A stretch of DNA of 63,978 bases, counting the filler, from Ionaspis alba (lineage: Eukaryota): assembly GCA_964255285.1 (NCBI GenBank). It is 19 parts of 19 records of this genome, joined end to end, with 100 filler letters (N's around TTAATTAATTAA, not from the genome) between each part and the next. Parts side by side here need not be neighbours in the genome. Positions count along the whole stretch, not along the records: positions 34,497 to 37,767 come from CAXUUL010001217.1; positions 37,868 to 41,130 come from CAXUUL010001218.1; positions 41,231 to 44,477 come from CAXUUL010001219.1; positions 44,578 to 47,787 come from CAXUUL010001220.1; positions 47,888 to 51,094 come from CAXUUL010001221.1; 14 more parts are not named here. One strand, 5' to 3'. The position numbers and the translations under genes were made by a program. The notes under the pieces were generated by a model. That model ran no database searches. It was not told the DNA's origin and worked only from the letters and a program-made list of their open reading frames with translations. The stretch's first letter is position 1. Each line of letters starts with the position of its first letter. This document shows positions 35,482 through 48,507 of this stretch, piece after piece.

Positions 35482-37146
35482 ATGGCTCCTCCCTCCGCCA
35501 TAGATGCTCAAAGTGTCACAGACACACAGACAGCCACTCTTTCCGGGCCCTTGAGTATCAATGGCGTTTCTGCACGGCGAGCCAAAGCACCACAGATCAG
35601 CGGAGGAATTGCCGCCCACGCAAGCAGCGACATGTTCAAGAGTCCCGGCTACGAAAAGCCACCTGCAAAACGCTGGAACCACCGCTTGAATGAAGAGAGC
35701 ACCTCCCGCAAACCGTCGAGTATAAAGGGCGCTGCGAAATACCTCAAAAAGCCCGGCATGATCTCACTTGGCGGTGGTCTCCCTTCCAGCGAATATTTCC
35801 CCTTCGAACGTATCGACATCAAAGTCCCTCAGCCGCCTCACTTCTCGGAAGCTGAAACCAAATCTTCCGGCGTGGTCGCTAGCGCTGGCAAACACGACAT
35901 TGCAGAAGGTAAATCTATCTACGACATCCACGTCTCCTTCAACTATGGACAAGCAACCGGTTCCGCTCAGCTCCTCCGCTTCGTCACCGAGCATACCGAA
36001 ATCGTGCACGACCCACCCTCCCGCGACTGGCAAATCACGCTTACAGCAGGGAGTACCTCCGCGCTCGACATGGCCTACCGCATGTTTACCGCGCGAGGTG
36101 ATTACATCCTGTCAGAAGAGTACACTTTCGCAACTGCCGTCGAAACCGCCGCCCCAATGGGCGTGAAAGTTCTCGGTGTAAAAATGGACGAAGAAGGGCT
36201 TCTCCCGTCTCATCTCGATCACCTCCTCAGCACCTGGGATACTCAAGCCCGCGGCGCCAAGAAACCTTTCCTCCTGTACACGGTTCCCAGTGGCCAAAAC
36301 CCCACAGGTGCAACACAAGGCGAGCAACGTCGACGGGATCTCTACCGCGTGGCGCAAAAGCACGACCTCTACATTTTAGAAGATGAGCCGTACTACTTCC
36401 TTCAAATGCAACCCTACACAGGCCCTTCCACCCCATCCCCACCGCCGCCAGCATCACACGCCGAATTCCTCGCCTCCCTCGTTCCCTCCCTCCTCAGCAT
36501 GGACACAGACGGACGCGTCATGCGTCTCGACTCCTTCTCCAAAGTGATCGCGCCTGGCTCGCGTGTGGGATGGATCACAGCCTCGGAGCAGATCGTCGAG
36601 CGCTTCGTGCGGCACCACGAAGTGTCGATACAGAACCCGAGCGGGATATCGCAGCTGGTGCTTTTCAAGCTGTTGGACGAGACGTGGGGACATGATGGTT
36701 ACTTGGACTGGCTGATCAACTTACGCTTGGAGTACACGAAGCGCCGAGATGTGATCTGTCATGCTTGTGAGGAGTTCCTGCCTCGAGAGGTCGCGAGCTG
36801 GAATCCACCGGCTGCGGGCATGTTTCATTGGATCGAGATTCAGTGGAGGAGGTATCCTGGGTTGGGGGGACGGAAGGGAGTGGTGAATGGTGATGGAGGG
36901 GAGGGATTAGTGAATGGAGAGGTGAGGGAGAAGGAGAAGGGATTGTTGGAGATTGAGGAAGAGATCTTTCAGGCGGGGATTGAGAGGGGGGTTTTGAGTA
37001 GTAAGGGGAGTTGGTTTAGGGCTGAGGCGGATGGAGGGGAGAGGATGTTTTTTAGGACGACGTTTGCGGCGGCAGGGTCGGAGCAGATTAGGGAGGCTAT
37101 TAGGAGGTTTGGGGAGGGGTTGAGGGCGGTGTTTAGGTTGGGGTAG
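35482..37146 (+). CDS. ARO8: Aromatic amino acid / 2-aminoadipate aminotransferase (Aro8), intronless
   Basis: ISLGGGLPSSEYFPF, LYTVPSGQNPTG, ILEDEPYYFLQM, RLDSFSKVIAPGSRVGW (PLP Lys), and FFRTTFAAA. Confidence 0.95.
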   Translation: MAPPSAIDAQSVTDTQTATLSGPLSINGVSARRAKAPQISGGIAAHASSDMFKSPGYEKPPAKRWNHRLNEESTSRKPSSIKGAAKYLKKPGMISLGGGLPSSEYFPFERIDIKVPQPPHFSEAETKSSGVVASAGKHDIAEGKSIYDIHVSFNYGQATGSAQLLRFVTEHTEIVHDPPSRDWQITLTAGSTSALDMAYRMFTARGDYILSEEYTFATAVETAAPMGVKVLGVKMDEEGLLPSHLDHLLSTWDTQARGAKKPFLLYTVPSGQNPTGATQGEQRRRDLYRVAQKHDLYILEDEPYYFLQMQPYTGPSTPSPPPPASHAEFLASLVPSLLSMDTDGRVMRLDSFSKVIAPGSRVGWITASEQIVERFVRHHEVSIQNPSGISQLVLFKLLDETWGHDGYLDWLINLRLEYTKRRDVICHACEEFLPREVASWNPPAAGMFHWIEIQWRRYPGLGGRKGVVNGDGGEGLVNGEVREKEKGLLEIEEEIFQAGIERGVLSSKGSWFRAEADGGERMFFRTTFAAAGSEQIREAIRRFGEGLRAVFRLG

Positions 37147-37441
37147 GCTTTGGATGAAGTGAAGACGATTGGATGAGGTAGGTTGTTTGGGGTAGGCTGT
37201 ACATACTGTACATACTGTACATAGGCGCTTCCTGGATAGCCCAATTCAAGAATCCGAATGATAGAGAACGATGTTGAATGTCTTTGAAGAACTTCTTCGA
37301 GAGTGCTAGGGTGATTGGCATTCAACCATGCTCCAGTAGTGTACATAAATTCCCAGTAATCCAAGCCCTTGTCACAGATGCAGCCGCATTATTCCATACA
37401 GCCGTCGTCTAAACTGTGACGTCTATAGCCACCAGATCCCT

Positions 37442-37691
37442 TCAGTTAATGAAGTTCACGCAGAAGAAATGCAATATCAAACTCCCAAACACAAAATCCG
37501 CGAACGCCCTGAACCATATATCATCAGTATTGTTTAATTTCCCGGCCGTCCAGAAAAATTCAGACTCACCGCTCTTGCGACATTGTTTTGAACTCATCTC
37601 TGTTCTCCGGATTCGATTGAATTCGCAAAGAAGCGGTAAGCACGAACTGACCGACCGTAGCGCCGAAGCCCGAGAGGAAGGCATTGAAAGG
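37442..37691 (-). CDS. OST2: Oligosaccharyltransferase subunit Ost2/DAD1, exons 2-3 (37691-37570, 37508-37442)
   Basis: PFNAFLSGFGATVGQFVLTASLRIQ...SQER/AFADFVFGSLILHFFCVNFIN*; exon 1 lies at 61267-61503. Confidence 0.95.
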
Positions 37692-39306
37692 CTATGACAG
37701 AGCAATATGGTTAGCACGTATAAACAAGCCCCCAGACCCCGCAATTGATAGGACCAATAGCCCCTTGNNNNNNNNNNNNNNNNNNNNNNNNNNNNNNNNN
37801 NNNNNNNNNNNTTAATTAATTAANNNNNNNNNNNNNNNNNNNNNNNNNNNNNNNNNNNNNNNNNNNNGTTTGAGGGTGTTTATGATTCAGGTATGTTGTT
37901 CTTGTTGGCGAGGGGATTCAAGGATGAGTTGCTGACGGTGGAGTAGATGAAGAGTGAAGCTGAGACGGCTTACACGTTTTCGATTGTGGGGAGGTTGAGG
38001 TATTGATGTGTGTCGGTTCAGGGGGTGGGATGAGTGCTATATAGGGGTCAAGGAATTGTAGATATGGTTGCCTTGGTGTGTGTGGGTGGGCGAGGTCCTG
38101 TGTATCACGAGTTTTGGTTGTCATGATATGGGTTTCTTTGGATATTTTGGAGCATACTGAGCATGGTTGGGCGGTGCTGGAAGCCTAACAATTTGGCGTC
38201 ATACATAATTGTTGTTGGAGGAAACCTAGAGGCATTTTCTTGTTCTTGATGACTGCTTGCATCTTGGTAACTGTCGTCCATGCATTGTGGCAATGGATAA
38301 AGTCCTGAATGTATCCTCTGGTTTCATTACCTTTATCGTCCACTACAAAAACTGGTAGAGCAAATGTTTGTACCTCTCTGAAGGTTTCAGTTTCACAGAC
38401 TTTCCAATCACTAGGTCAAGGAGATCCGTGCCAACGATCGAGCATTATTCCATCCCGATTTTTAAGCCCAGAAAAAGCACTGACATACACAGCGTCTCTT
38501 ACTGGATATCCTACAGCCTCAGAACCTTGACCGTTAAGCCGTCAACAATGGCACCATACCTCCCTCAGCGAGCAACGTCCTGCAGCCATTGGCGGCCGTG
38601 GGTACCGCGGCAAGCCAGTGGGCGCCACAGGGGTCTCCCTAAAGTTGTGTAACTGCCAATCGCGCGCCCTATTCCGATCACGACACCCCACACACACTCA
38701 AAGCCCTCACGCACTTTCTTCCGAACGTCCACTCCATCCCTCCGATCGTCGGCATTCAATGCCAGGTACATGGCCGAAATGCTGACGCTGAGACGGCCGA
38801 CTAGTCTTCTTTGCTTACGACTGCGGGGCTACCGCGGGGCGGACTCATACTGAGTTTTTTGGGTCTTCGAGACTTCGTTCCAGAGCTTGGGAGTTGACTT
38901 TCATTGGCAGCGGAAGATCCAGCCTTCGTTGGGAGGATTGTCCGCCATGCCGCCATTACGCACGAGGTGCGCCCTGGAGTGCCTGGGCGACGAGGATCTG
39001 TTACGCCTGATCTGCAAGGGTTCTGGATGGTGATGGGATCTACTGGAGGAATTGGGATCGTGCCACGGAGGATCCCAGTGGAGGTTCGATCATGAAGGAC
39101 GTTTATATAATCCTTGGGTCCCGTGGGTGGGTTGGAAAAAGGTGGAACTCTTACTTTGGCCCATTGAGCAGCTTCTTTGCTCTGGTTCCTGGCTGAGTTT
39201 GCTTTACTACGGCTTATTGGGCTCTATAGAAGCTCTACTTTGCCTTACTAGCTGTTGGCTATTCTGTGCAAGTCTTGGAATATAGCTTGCCACAGTACAC
39301 CACACG

Positions 39307-41049
39307 ATGTCTTCGAAGCCGATCTTTGTAGCAACCCATCCTCGGGCATGCTCGACGGCCTTTGAACGGGTTAGTCTGATCCCTGAATTTTCTTCCGGTG
39401 TCCTTTCCATAGAGCCAATGCTAATATTTTTTGTTCGTCAAGGTTTTCATGACCCGTCGTGACGTCCTTACATGCGTACATGAGCCTTTCGGCGACGCAT
39501 TCTACTACGGTCCTGAGAGACTGAGTGAGAGATATGAAGAGAACGAACAGGATAGAATAGACAGCGGTTTCAGTGCCTCGACATATCAGACCATACTCGA
39601 TAGATTGGAGAGGGAGAGTGCTGAGGTCCGATCTCCTCCCTCCCCGCACGATCGTATCGCCTGATTCTCCAACTCTTTGCTGCACTACATTCGAGTTTTG
39701 CGCGTTTGCTCTGGACACCGTCTTCTGTCAATTTCACTGCAGAAATACCATTTTGAAAGGCATAGATTGCACCCAGCAGCATTCACCAGCTCGATTCATT
39801 GGTCACGATTCAGTCCTCTCGATCTCCGATGATAGTTTATCGATATCTTTACATGTTATACCCGGATTGAATTTGCGTCGAGTAGGGATAATGGATACAT
39901 AAGAAAAAGACAGTCCAACTTGAAGCTTAACGACTTTCTTTCAGTGTGATATTCTTGTGTCCATTTAATATTTCTTCTTTCTCTGCTATCATCATTGAAA
40001 TCCGCTTTTCTTTAATGCATTGTTCAACGATCGGACTACTTACCCTTCCATCAGGGGAAACGTCTTTTCATCAAGGACATCACCCACTACCTCGTTCCTC
40101 CTAATGGAAAGCCTGCGTCCATTGCACCATCTCTGGCAAGACTTGAGCGTGGTGTCGGGACCAACGACCATGCCACAAACGGTGCCACGAATGGCACCAA
40201 CGGGACCACGACCGAGACAGAGCCGAACAATCCGACTGTGGTTCCGGAGGCTATTCTGAAGCAATTTCACTTTACTTTCTTGATCCGCCACCCTCGTTCC
40301 AGCATTCCCTCCTACTACCGTTGTACCATCCCCCCCTTGGACAAGGTCACCGGATTCTACAACTTCATGCCCTCGGAGGCTGGCTACGATGAGCTTCGCC
40401 GAGTGTTCGACTACCTTCGCTCGGTAGGACAAGTTGGACCGGATCTAGCCGGCCAGGACAAAACTGTCCACGGGGATACCCACGCGGAGACCAATGGCTA
40501 TACTAATGGTGAAATCAATGGACACATCAAGCCAGAAACCAATGGATCCATGGACAAGATCGACATCTGCGTCGTTGACGCTGACGACCTCCTGGACAAT
40601 CCGAGTGGAATCATTGAAGCATACTGCAAAGCCGTTGGCTTGGATTACGACCCTGGAATGCTAAGCTGGGATACCGAAGAGGACCACAAGGCCGCAAAGG
40701 AGGCTTTTGAGAAATGGAGTGGCTTTCATGAAGATGCTATTCACAGTAACGAACTGAAGCCCAGACTACATGTGAGCTTCCTTCTCCTCTCCCCGGTTTT
40801 CAGTCGTGGTTACTGTCGTGAGCAAATGAGAAGGACTGGATGAGAGTACTTGGGGGGCTGAAGTTCGTTGTTGGGGTGTTGTAAGCTAACGTTGCTGACC
40901 GCAAGAAAAAGAAGGTTCGCAGTCACGAGGACGAAGACGCCGAGTGGAAGGAGAAGTACGGTGAGGAGGGCGCGAGAGTCATCCGTGAGACGGTCAATCA
41001 AAATTTGAAGGATTATGAGTATCTCAAGAGCTTTGCGTTGAAGGTTTAG
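39307..41049 (+). CDS. P-loop sulfotransferase-like protein, 4 exons; intron 2 is 39626-40054
   Basis: MSSKPIFVATHPRACSTAFER/VFM...HEPFGDAFYYGPE; GKRLFIKD; FTFLIRHPRSSIPSY; VVDADDLLDNP; MLSW; frame continuity checked across introns 1 and 2. Confidence 0.85.
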
Positions 41050-41655
41050 GTCAAGGAGAAACGATGTGCACGGATAGCTGGGTTGGATCAAAATTGTCTT
41101 TCGGAGGATATCTCTCTCAGGTTGGAAAAANNNNNNNNNNNNNNNNNNNNNNNNNNNNNNNNNNNNNNNNNNNNTTAATTAATTAANNNNNNNNNNNNNN
41201 NNNNNNNNNNNNNNNNNNNNNNNNNNNNNNATCTCCTGGCAATGCTTTGAAAAGTACGAGGACCAGCCCGCCAATAGAAGTGGCATGCAAAACAGACGCC
41301 GCGAAAATGCTAAGAACAAAGAAAAGGGCCCCTCCACAACACGGATGTTGTTAATAGTATCGAAGAGTGGTATGGCAGTGCCGATGTCCAGAGCGATGCC
41401 TGGTACAAGCCAACATTGAAACGACCGATGCCCGATGCATCTATAATCTTTGGTATCCGCTTGCATCTTTTTCTTCTTCTTCCTCTTCTTCTTCTTCTCC
41501 ACCACAAAACGAAAACATGCTCAATTTTCTCCCAATGCCAAGGCGGAGCAAGAATGTACAGGTCGCTGAACGTAAAATGACCAGGATGCTTATTACAATG
41601 ATTACGAAGCCCGGTCTATTTCCAACTCCGCTCGCTAATATGCTTCGAACCAGGA

Positions 41656-43757
41656 CTATAATGCAACGTCGAGTACCAAGCTGACATCGCGGACCCGCGG
41701 CCCAGCCAAATCCTCGAGAACCGGTATCAGGTCTAAGAGCTCGTTGTCGTGGGCGTCGGAGAACCAGCTGCTGATGGGGACGGCGTGTTGCGGGTGGAAA
41801 ATATATGAGGTAGGTGAATTATCGATGATGATGGTCTCTTTCAAGTCTCGGCCAACTTGAGACAGATCCTGGGGTCGAGTTAGTACAGATAGGGAGAAGC
41901 TTGTAAGCCGAATGGTACCTTGACGTAGTTCCCTTGGTGATTGTAACAGCTCTCACGGAAAAGCCGGTGATGCACAACGTGGTGGATGTCCAGTTGATCA
42001 AGGAGTGGATCGCCGTACTGTACAAAAGTTTGATAATTAGCCAGCTTGCTAAGCAAATAGAGCATCGGATTACGGCAGAAGACTGACTTTTGAGACGGAG
42101 GCTGTGAAGACCACAACCTCGTAGAGCTCACCCACGCGCTTCATGAATTGATCGACGCCCGGTCTCTTGATAACATATACATTATGGTACTGACCTTCGA
42201 TCTCCACCGGGATCGTGAAATCCGCTTGATGAAGCATCTGGTGATGGGTCAGCGTGATTCTAAACATTGATCTGGGAGTGCTACCTTGAAGCTGCTGTGG
42301 ACAAGAGTTTCATCTAAGTCCAATACCAAGCATTTCTTGCCTTTAAATTCAGATCTGATCGGGGGGAGTAGCCATTTCTGCTCAGTTGGAACATTCGAGC
42401 TGTTCGACACGTTCCTCTCGTGACCCGGAAATTGCGCATCTCCTCGTGGAGGGGGAGGAGGTAGTGACTGGGTGGTCTCGGCTTCCTTCCGGCTCGTGTC
42501 TCTAGAAGGCTCTTCTGCGACGGGTACAACTGGGGGAGCATCTTTCATTTCAATATCACTATCTCTCTTTTCTTGTATCGGCGTCCGGTCGTTGACGTCG
42601 TCGGCATGATCTGGCAGCGTGGGTGTTGGTGGTTCAACGAGGACTGCGGCAGGCGGCGGTTGTAGTCCTCCATGCATGATAGTGTTTTGAGGTGGTTCCT
42701 CCGAAGGCCCTCCAGATACTATCGTGCCAGGGTCCTGAGCAAGAGGTTTCTCTGACGAGGGAGCTTTCACCTTTTGGTCTCCGGGAGTTTCTGCAGAGTT
42801 GAGAAGGTTCGGAACGAGTGCTGGCGCAGCGACTTCTGGGCGCTTTTGGATGATAGGTTCTCCGGCTGATTTGAGATCTGCGTACGGAGTGCCTGCGATC
42901 TTCTCATCGGACATCTCTTTGGACTCGGCCGTACTTGATTCTGCTGCGCTCACGTCGGCCTTTACCACAGGCGTCTGCTGCCTGATTTGAGTTTGCTGAA
43001 GCTTGTTCGGCTTTCGTGCAGGTATGTTTGATTCTTCGAGATCGATGTCGTTTGCATCCTCTGGGGCGCCACAGCAGTTCAGAAATGACAAGAATTTCGA
43101 TAATCCTCCTCTTCTCTGCTTTGTTGGACCTGTCGCCGTTGTCACGACGGTCGCAGCTACTGGCTGTGACACTGTGCCTGGAGGATTTATCTGTCTGCGT
43201 TCCGAGCGTTTGCTGCTTGCAACACTACCATCGCGTTGCTTCACACCAAGACTCGATTTGGACCCGCGTCGAGATATTTTCTCCTGAGGATTTGATGGAC
43301 CTGCAGAATCTGGATTGCCAGTTCGCAATTTGGGATCCGACGAGGAACGAAGTGGCACTGCAGGCTGGTTGCGCGGGTCACTCTGTTGCTCGAGCTCCGC
43401 CGGGACTGTCGCCTCCCCACGCAGATTTACAGGTTGTTTTATTCCCTCAACTCCAGCGCTTTCAGTTCCAGGCGACGGATTATTGTTCGGAATGGATGGG
43501 GTCTGGTTTGTTGAAGTGGACGAGTTTTCGAGACCAGATGGTGCGGGAGTGGCTGTAATCGAGATCAATTCCAGTCCAAGTCACATTGCAAAGCGGCTAT
43601 CCACTAACAGGAAGGATGACTTACTATAGGGTGCCGAAGGAGGGGAACTGGTTGTTGTTGAAGGCGATGTGGAAAGCGGTTTCCCGGTAGAGGTCACAAC
43701 AGAATTGATGATATCCCCTCTAGGTGTTTGCACGATCTCATCCGCTCGGTCGCTCAT
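41656..43757 (-). CDS. PSR1: Psr1/SCP-type small CTD phosphatase (NIF/FCP1 domain), multi-exon
   Basis: [43 protein letters not shown] and [19 protein letters not shown] is a putative palmitoylation motif. Confidence 0.93.
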
Positions 43758-45092
43758 TGAGGGCCACTCTGCAGCCTTCTAGAGGCCGTGGAAATGGTTG
43801 CTTTCACTCCGAAGACTCTATCACGCGAAGGCCACTGGTGTACTCGCCCTGACTGCCGATCTCGCTTCCTCTCAAACCGTTGCTGGCGCTGTATCAGATG
43901 CGCAACCAGAAGAACGAGCAGTACGTGATCGTTTGACGATTCCTTCCCTCCTATCATGTATGCATACTTGTGTCTGAGATGCGCTATTTTAACGGCGTAC
44001 TGGAGAATCAAGTCGGCATCGATTGGAAGCACGGCTTTTCCACGGGGCCTGCTTTTGGGTCGCTCGAAGTGGCTGGGGTGATCGTGTGGCCGGTGATCGC
44101 AACAGCAACGACGGGACGGGTGGGGGCACGCAGCGAGAAATTGCGGACAAGAGAATAACAAAGGACGGAATTATAAGGGGTTTGTTGGAAGAAGAACAAT
44201 AGAGGACGATGGGGGTTGACGAGCGGGAGCAGTTAGAGTAATGGCCAAGTGCTTGATTGAGTCTGACTTGCTTTAGGTGCTGCTAGGCCTTGGCTGGGGT
44301 CGGGTGAGAATAATAATAGTGGGCGAGCGCGGACTTGGGGAGGGAAGAGGCTGCTTCTTCCTGCTCCTGCGTGCCAAGGAAATCAGCCACAAATCGCCTT
44401 TCCGGATCTTGTCTGTGTAATTTACTTGATTGTTTGCCCATCGGCCGTTGTGGTCCTTCTTGCAGCCAATCATAGCGNNNNNNNNNNNNNNNNNNNNNNN
44501 NNNNNNNNNNNNNNNNNNNNNTTAATTAATTAANNNNNNNNNNNNNNNNNNNNNNNNNNNNNNNNNNNNNNNNNNNNGTGGGATTTTGGGGGCGGGAGGG
44601 TGGAAGAGGAGAACAGGGTTTGAGTGATGGAATTCTCGAGCTCTGCTTGGGACAAGCAGGTAGAGAAGATACAGACATAAAGCGAAAAAGCAACAGAGAG
44701 GTAGAGGAAGTTGGTATCAGAAGGACTTTTCGGGATTGTTCTAGCTCTATAGCGACAGATATCCACCATCTTCTCCCCGCTTTTTCCGTACCCAATCCCT
44801 CCAAAAGCCTCCTTTTCCATAACAGACAAAGAATCGAAAGCACCCCTCACAAACAAAACGCTCCCTGAATCCTCTAACTATCGTACCCGCCATGCATCGT
44901 ACAAATATTATACATAGTTCATGATCCATCCCCTCCTTTCCAAACCCCTATCTTCTAAGCCTTCGCTCCAAGAAAGAATACCCAATTCCAAAGAAGAATC
45001 CTGGACCCAATCCGCGCCCCACACACGCCCTCAAACGCCAATGAATTTTCATAACGTCATTTCACATCCCTCCCCGTCCCACCCAACCCCCA

Positions 45093-46097
45093 TCAACAAA
45101 ACGACGAAGCGGCCACCGGCGACCCCTGCAAAATCGGATTAAACGTCGTATAAAAATCCGGCAACCGCTGCGCCCCCTGCTGCGGACCCGACGGCGGGCC
45201 CGAAACAACTTGGTAAATACTCGAGGTCGACGAGCAGCTCCCACTGCGATTATACGCATGCTGGCTGCCTGAGGAGTTGTAAGGGTTGCGGTGCTCGTTA
45301 CCGTTGCCGTTGCCGTAGCCGTGTTGCTGTTGCTGGTGATACGATGCCTGGTGTTGGTGCTGGGTGCCGTGGGAGTAGTGCTGGTGCTGGGGCGAGGGAT
45401 CTTGCGAGCCCGGGTGCGATCGCTGTGGCGGGGAGGGACCGAGTCCGCTGTCGTCGGGGTTTTGGTCGTTTTCGTCGGCGGGAGGCGTGCCGGGTGGGGA
45501 GGAACCGGAGCCTTTGCGGGAGGCGGAGCGGGCGGTTGTTTGGAGGACTTTGAGGCCTTTTTCCATGCACTAAGTTTTGGTGTTAGTAAGGTTTGGTTCG
45601 CTTTGGGGGAAGATGATCACGTGATTTTTCTGGGACGGATCTTTGAAGCGATTATGGAATTTATTGAATGTGTGTGAAAAGCTTACCTTTGACTCGACGT
45701 TCTGCCACTTTTCGTTGACCATGTCAGCAATCATTTTCCACATCTCCTCCCGGCGTGCGAGGTAAGCTTGAGCGATGGCTTCGAATTTGACGCCGTCGCA
45801 GTCGTCTTTCTTGTGCTGCTCCATGAGCCGCTCATGTCTTTTACGACAGGCATTAGCAGTCTTGGATGGGAAATGTGTCGATGCAATGGGCTGCCAATTC
45901 ATATTCGAGGCACGAGCTCGGATCAGAATCTGGTCATCCTCGGGCGACCATGCTGCAGTGCCTCGGACGTTGACTGAGGTCGAAGGGTTGAGGGTTGAAG
46001 CTGTGTTGGGGCGAGTGGCGGCCATGGTGTTGGATGGATAAGGTTCGGTACGGTGGGTCTTGCTTGGGGCCGGCTTGGGTGCCTTGGGCATAATCAT
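45093..46097 (-). CDS. Myb/SANT-like DNA-binding protein with Q/H-rich tail, 2 exons
   Basis: WSPEDDQILIRARASNMNWQPIASTHFPSKTANACRKRHERLM; REEMWKMIA...WQNVESK/CMEKGLK. Confidence 0.85.
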
Positions 46098-48507
46098 GAA
46101 CGAGGGATGGGTGAAAGAATATTCCGAGGACCAGGATGGTCCTGAAACAAGAGAACTTTAAGAAAGAGATATGAGATGAAGGGTTGGAACGTGGTGTGAT
46201 CAATTGGGCCCTGGTATCATGGGGGGCTTAAGGTGAACGATTGAAGGTGAAGGAAGTTGATATTAGGATTAGGATACTGGTTGTTGTTTGCCAAGCGAGG
46301 GGAAGTGGTGCCGAAGACGAGTAACGGAAGAAGACTTGAACGAAAGGAAAAGAGAAAAGGAAGAGAAGTAGGAAATGCTAATGTACTTTTTCCGCAATGG
46401 TAATTATAATTCTGAAGAGGAACCTTCGACATGACCTTGGGCGAAGCTCATACTTAAGCATGCAAGAGGAACGGCAACCGCATAGGGGGGAGGGGGTGGT
46501 GGAATTTCCGGGTGGAAACGACCCCATTGTTGACGCTGCAAAGGTGCTACACACGTTGGATTCCAGGGCACTCTTTTCTTAGCAGCAGAAGAAGGCTGAA
46601 ACACAGAGCATGCATGTTAGGGTGTTTGAAGAGACAGCCAGATCGCTTGCTCGGCCTGTGGGGAGCGACGAGGAGCCGTGGGGGTAGGGCCGACAGGTAG
46701 GTGTAGACGCTGTGCCTGCACAACGGGAGGGGGAAGAATGGATGGGCCCGTTTGCTGAGACCAACTGGCATATGGGAGGCATCTGATAGTCTGACCGATT
46801 GAGGCTGGGTAAGTTGTGGTTGGTCTTTGGTGGTCGGCGGTTAATTTTCTGAAGCGGAGGGGGTTTTTCGATATGTCCTATGTCCTGTGAAGCGGCTCTT
46901 GAATAGTCTTTGCGCTAGCTGGGGAGCTACTGCAGGCCTTGGCGGGCACTGGTGAGAGTCAAAAATAGAAACACGCCGGTCGGTCGCCTGGTGGGTTCGT
47001 TTCCGCTCTCTCTCCTTGCTGGCTTGCTGGCTTGCTTTGCCTTTGCTCTGCTGCGTCTTCTTCCTCATCCTGATGATGACGAGCATCACGCCTATTGCTG
47101 TAAGTAAGTATCTGAGTATCTGTGGGTCGAATATGTGAGTGCTTGCGCAATCGGTGTCTTCTAGAAACATTGTTGTCTCGAATCATGATTCGATAGCACG
47201 GCATCATCACGTTGTTCGCCGATCTCCCCACAAAGTACCTGTTGATCTTCAACCCGGAAGCCCTTCTTCCACCCTCCCGGAATTACTGTAGAACCTTCTG
47301 CAACCTCCAAGTGCAGTCATCCAGCTGTTGCTTTGCTGCGCAGCCTCTCCAGAAGATTCCTTCCCGCAATCACCTGCAGGCCCATGCTGTGTGGTGCACG
47401 GTAGAACTCGCTGCTGGCTGCTGGCCGTTGCCATACACTGCATAAGGGCTTGTGCGGCGCCGGTTCCTGGAGAATACTGAGATCCGAGTCCGGTGATCCA
47501 AAACCCTTCCACCACCATAGCCACCACAACCAGCAGCGGCCGACAACCAGGCCACTCGCATCCACCTCGACCTTTGCCTCTTCCATTCCAGCATATTTGG
47601 CGCGCTGTTGTTCAAACACTTGCACCACATATCAACATACGCCCCAACCCCTCGTCCTCCTCGATTGTTTTACCATGCGTAGTCAGCAAAGAAATTCCCT
47701 GCAGGTCGATGTCTGCGACGAACCATCAGCTGGGGCGGAGCTTCATCCTTTTCCTTTTCTCCCTCTGCCCACGTGCGGTCGAAACAANNNNNNNNNNNNN
47801 NNNNNNNNNNNNNNNNNNNNNNNNNNNNNNNTTAATTAATTAANNNNNNNNNNNNNNNNNNNNNNNNNNNNNNNNNNNNNNNNNNNNGTCCAGGTACCCT
47901 TCAACAGCAAGCCGAATAAGAGGCTGCATCTGAAGCTATTGCACGTTTACTCTCCTTCTTGATCCGGATGTTTTGGACGTCTGTAGCTACTATGACTGTT
48001 TTGAAAGACATGTTATAATACATAGGTACTTCGTTCGGAGGATCTGCCCTATCACACTCTACGTTACCTTTTCTTCCAAAAGAGCAGCGTTTCGTCCAGT
48101 TTGTCTCTGCCTTAGCAAATATGCATTGAGGAACCCGACAAGGTGCATTCATGGTGTTGGTAGGCGCTATTGGAAATGTGTACTCCAGACTACTTGGGAT
48201 GAAATTATCCTTCTGCACTTGAATCTCTCGAGACTCGAGGCTATCAATACGGTAAAAGGCAACACAGTCAGCAGGATCGAGATACACCGTCCTACAGCTT
48301 GACTTCGTATGGTTAATCTGTTGGCCAATCGTGCTTTCCCTGAAGCAAGTGCCTACGAATCCCACCTTCCTGCCTCAAGCGTGGATGATGTTTTTATCTG
48401 CATTTCTGTGCTCTTCTGCTCTCTTTGTGTGCCATCAAAGCTTAAGTTTCTCTGTCCATGAAACCCCTAGTCTATCTGCCTCAGCCCGTACCTCAAGGCT
48501 CGAGATC

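Noticed and set aside
24323..37146. Apparent secondary-metabolite cluster (LovD-like enzyme, FAD oxidoreductase, aminotransferase)
   Set aside because: The genes lie on different contigs separated by linkers, and no PKS or NRPS backbone gene is present.
37199..37223. (GTACATACT)x~3 repeat in the ARO8 3' region, and a (TTC)n tract near 41470-41498
   Set aside because: Ordinary 3' UTR micro- or minisatellites.
46100..47787. Many short overlapping ORFs upstream of the Myb-like gene
   Set aside because: No coherent coding signal; consistent with a long promoter or 5' UTR of a transcription factor gene.
47901..48365. 154-aa minus-strand ORF at a contig start
   Set aside because: Non-ATG start and no motif; it overlaps the probable promoter of the membrane-protein gene.
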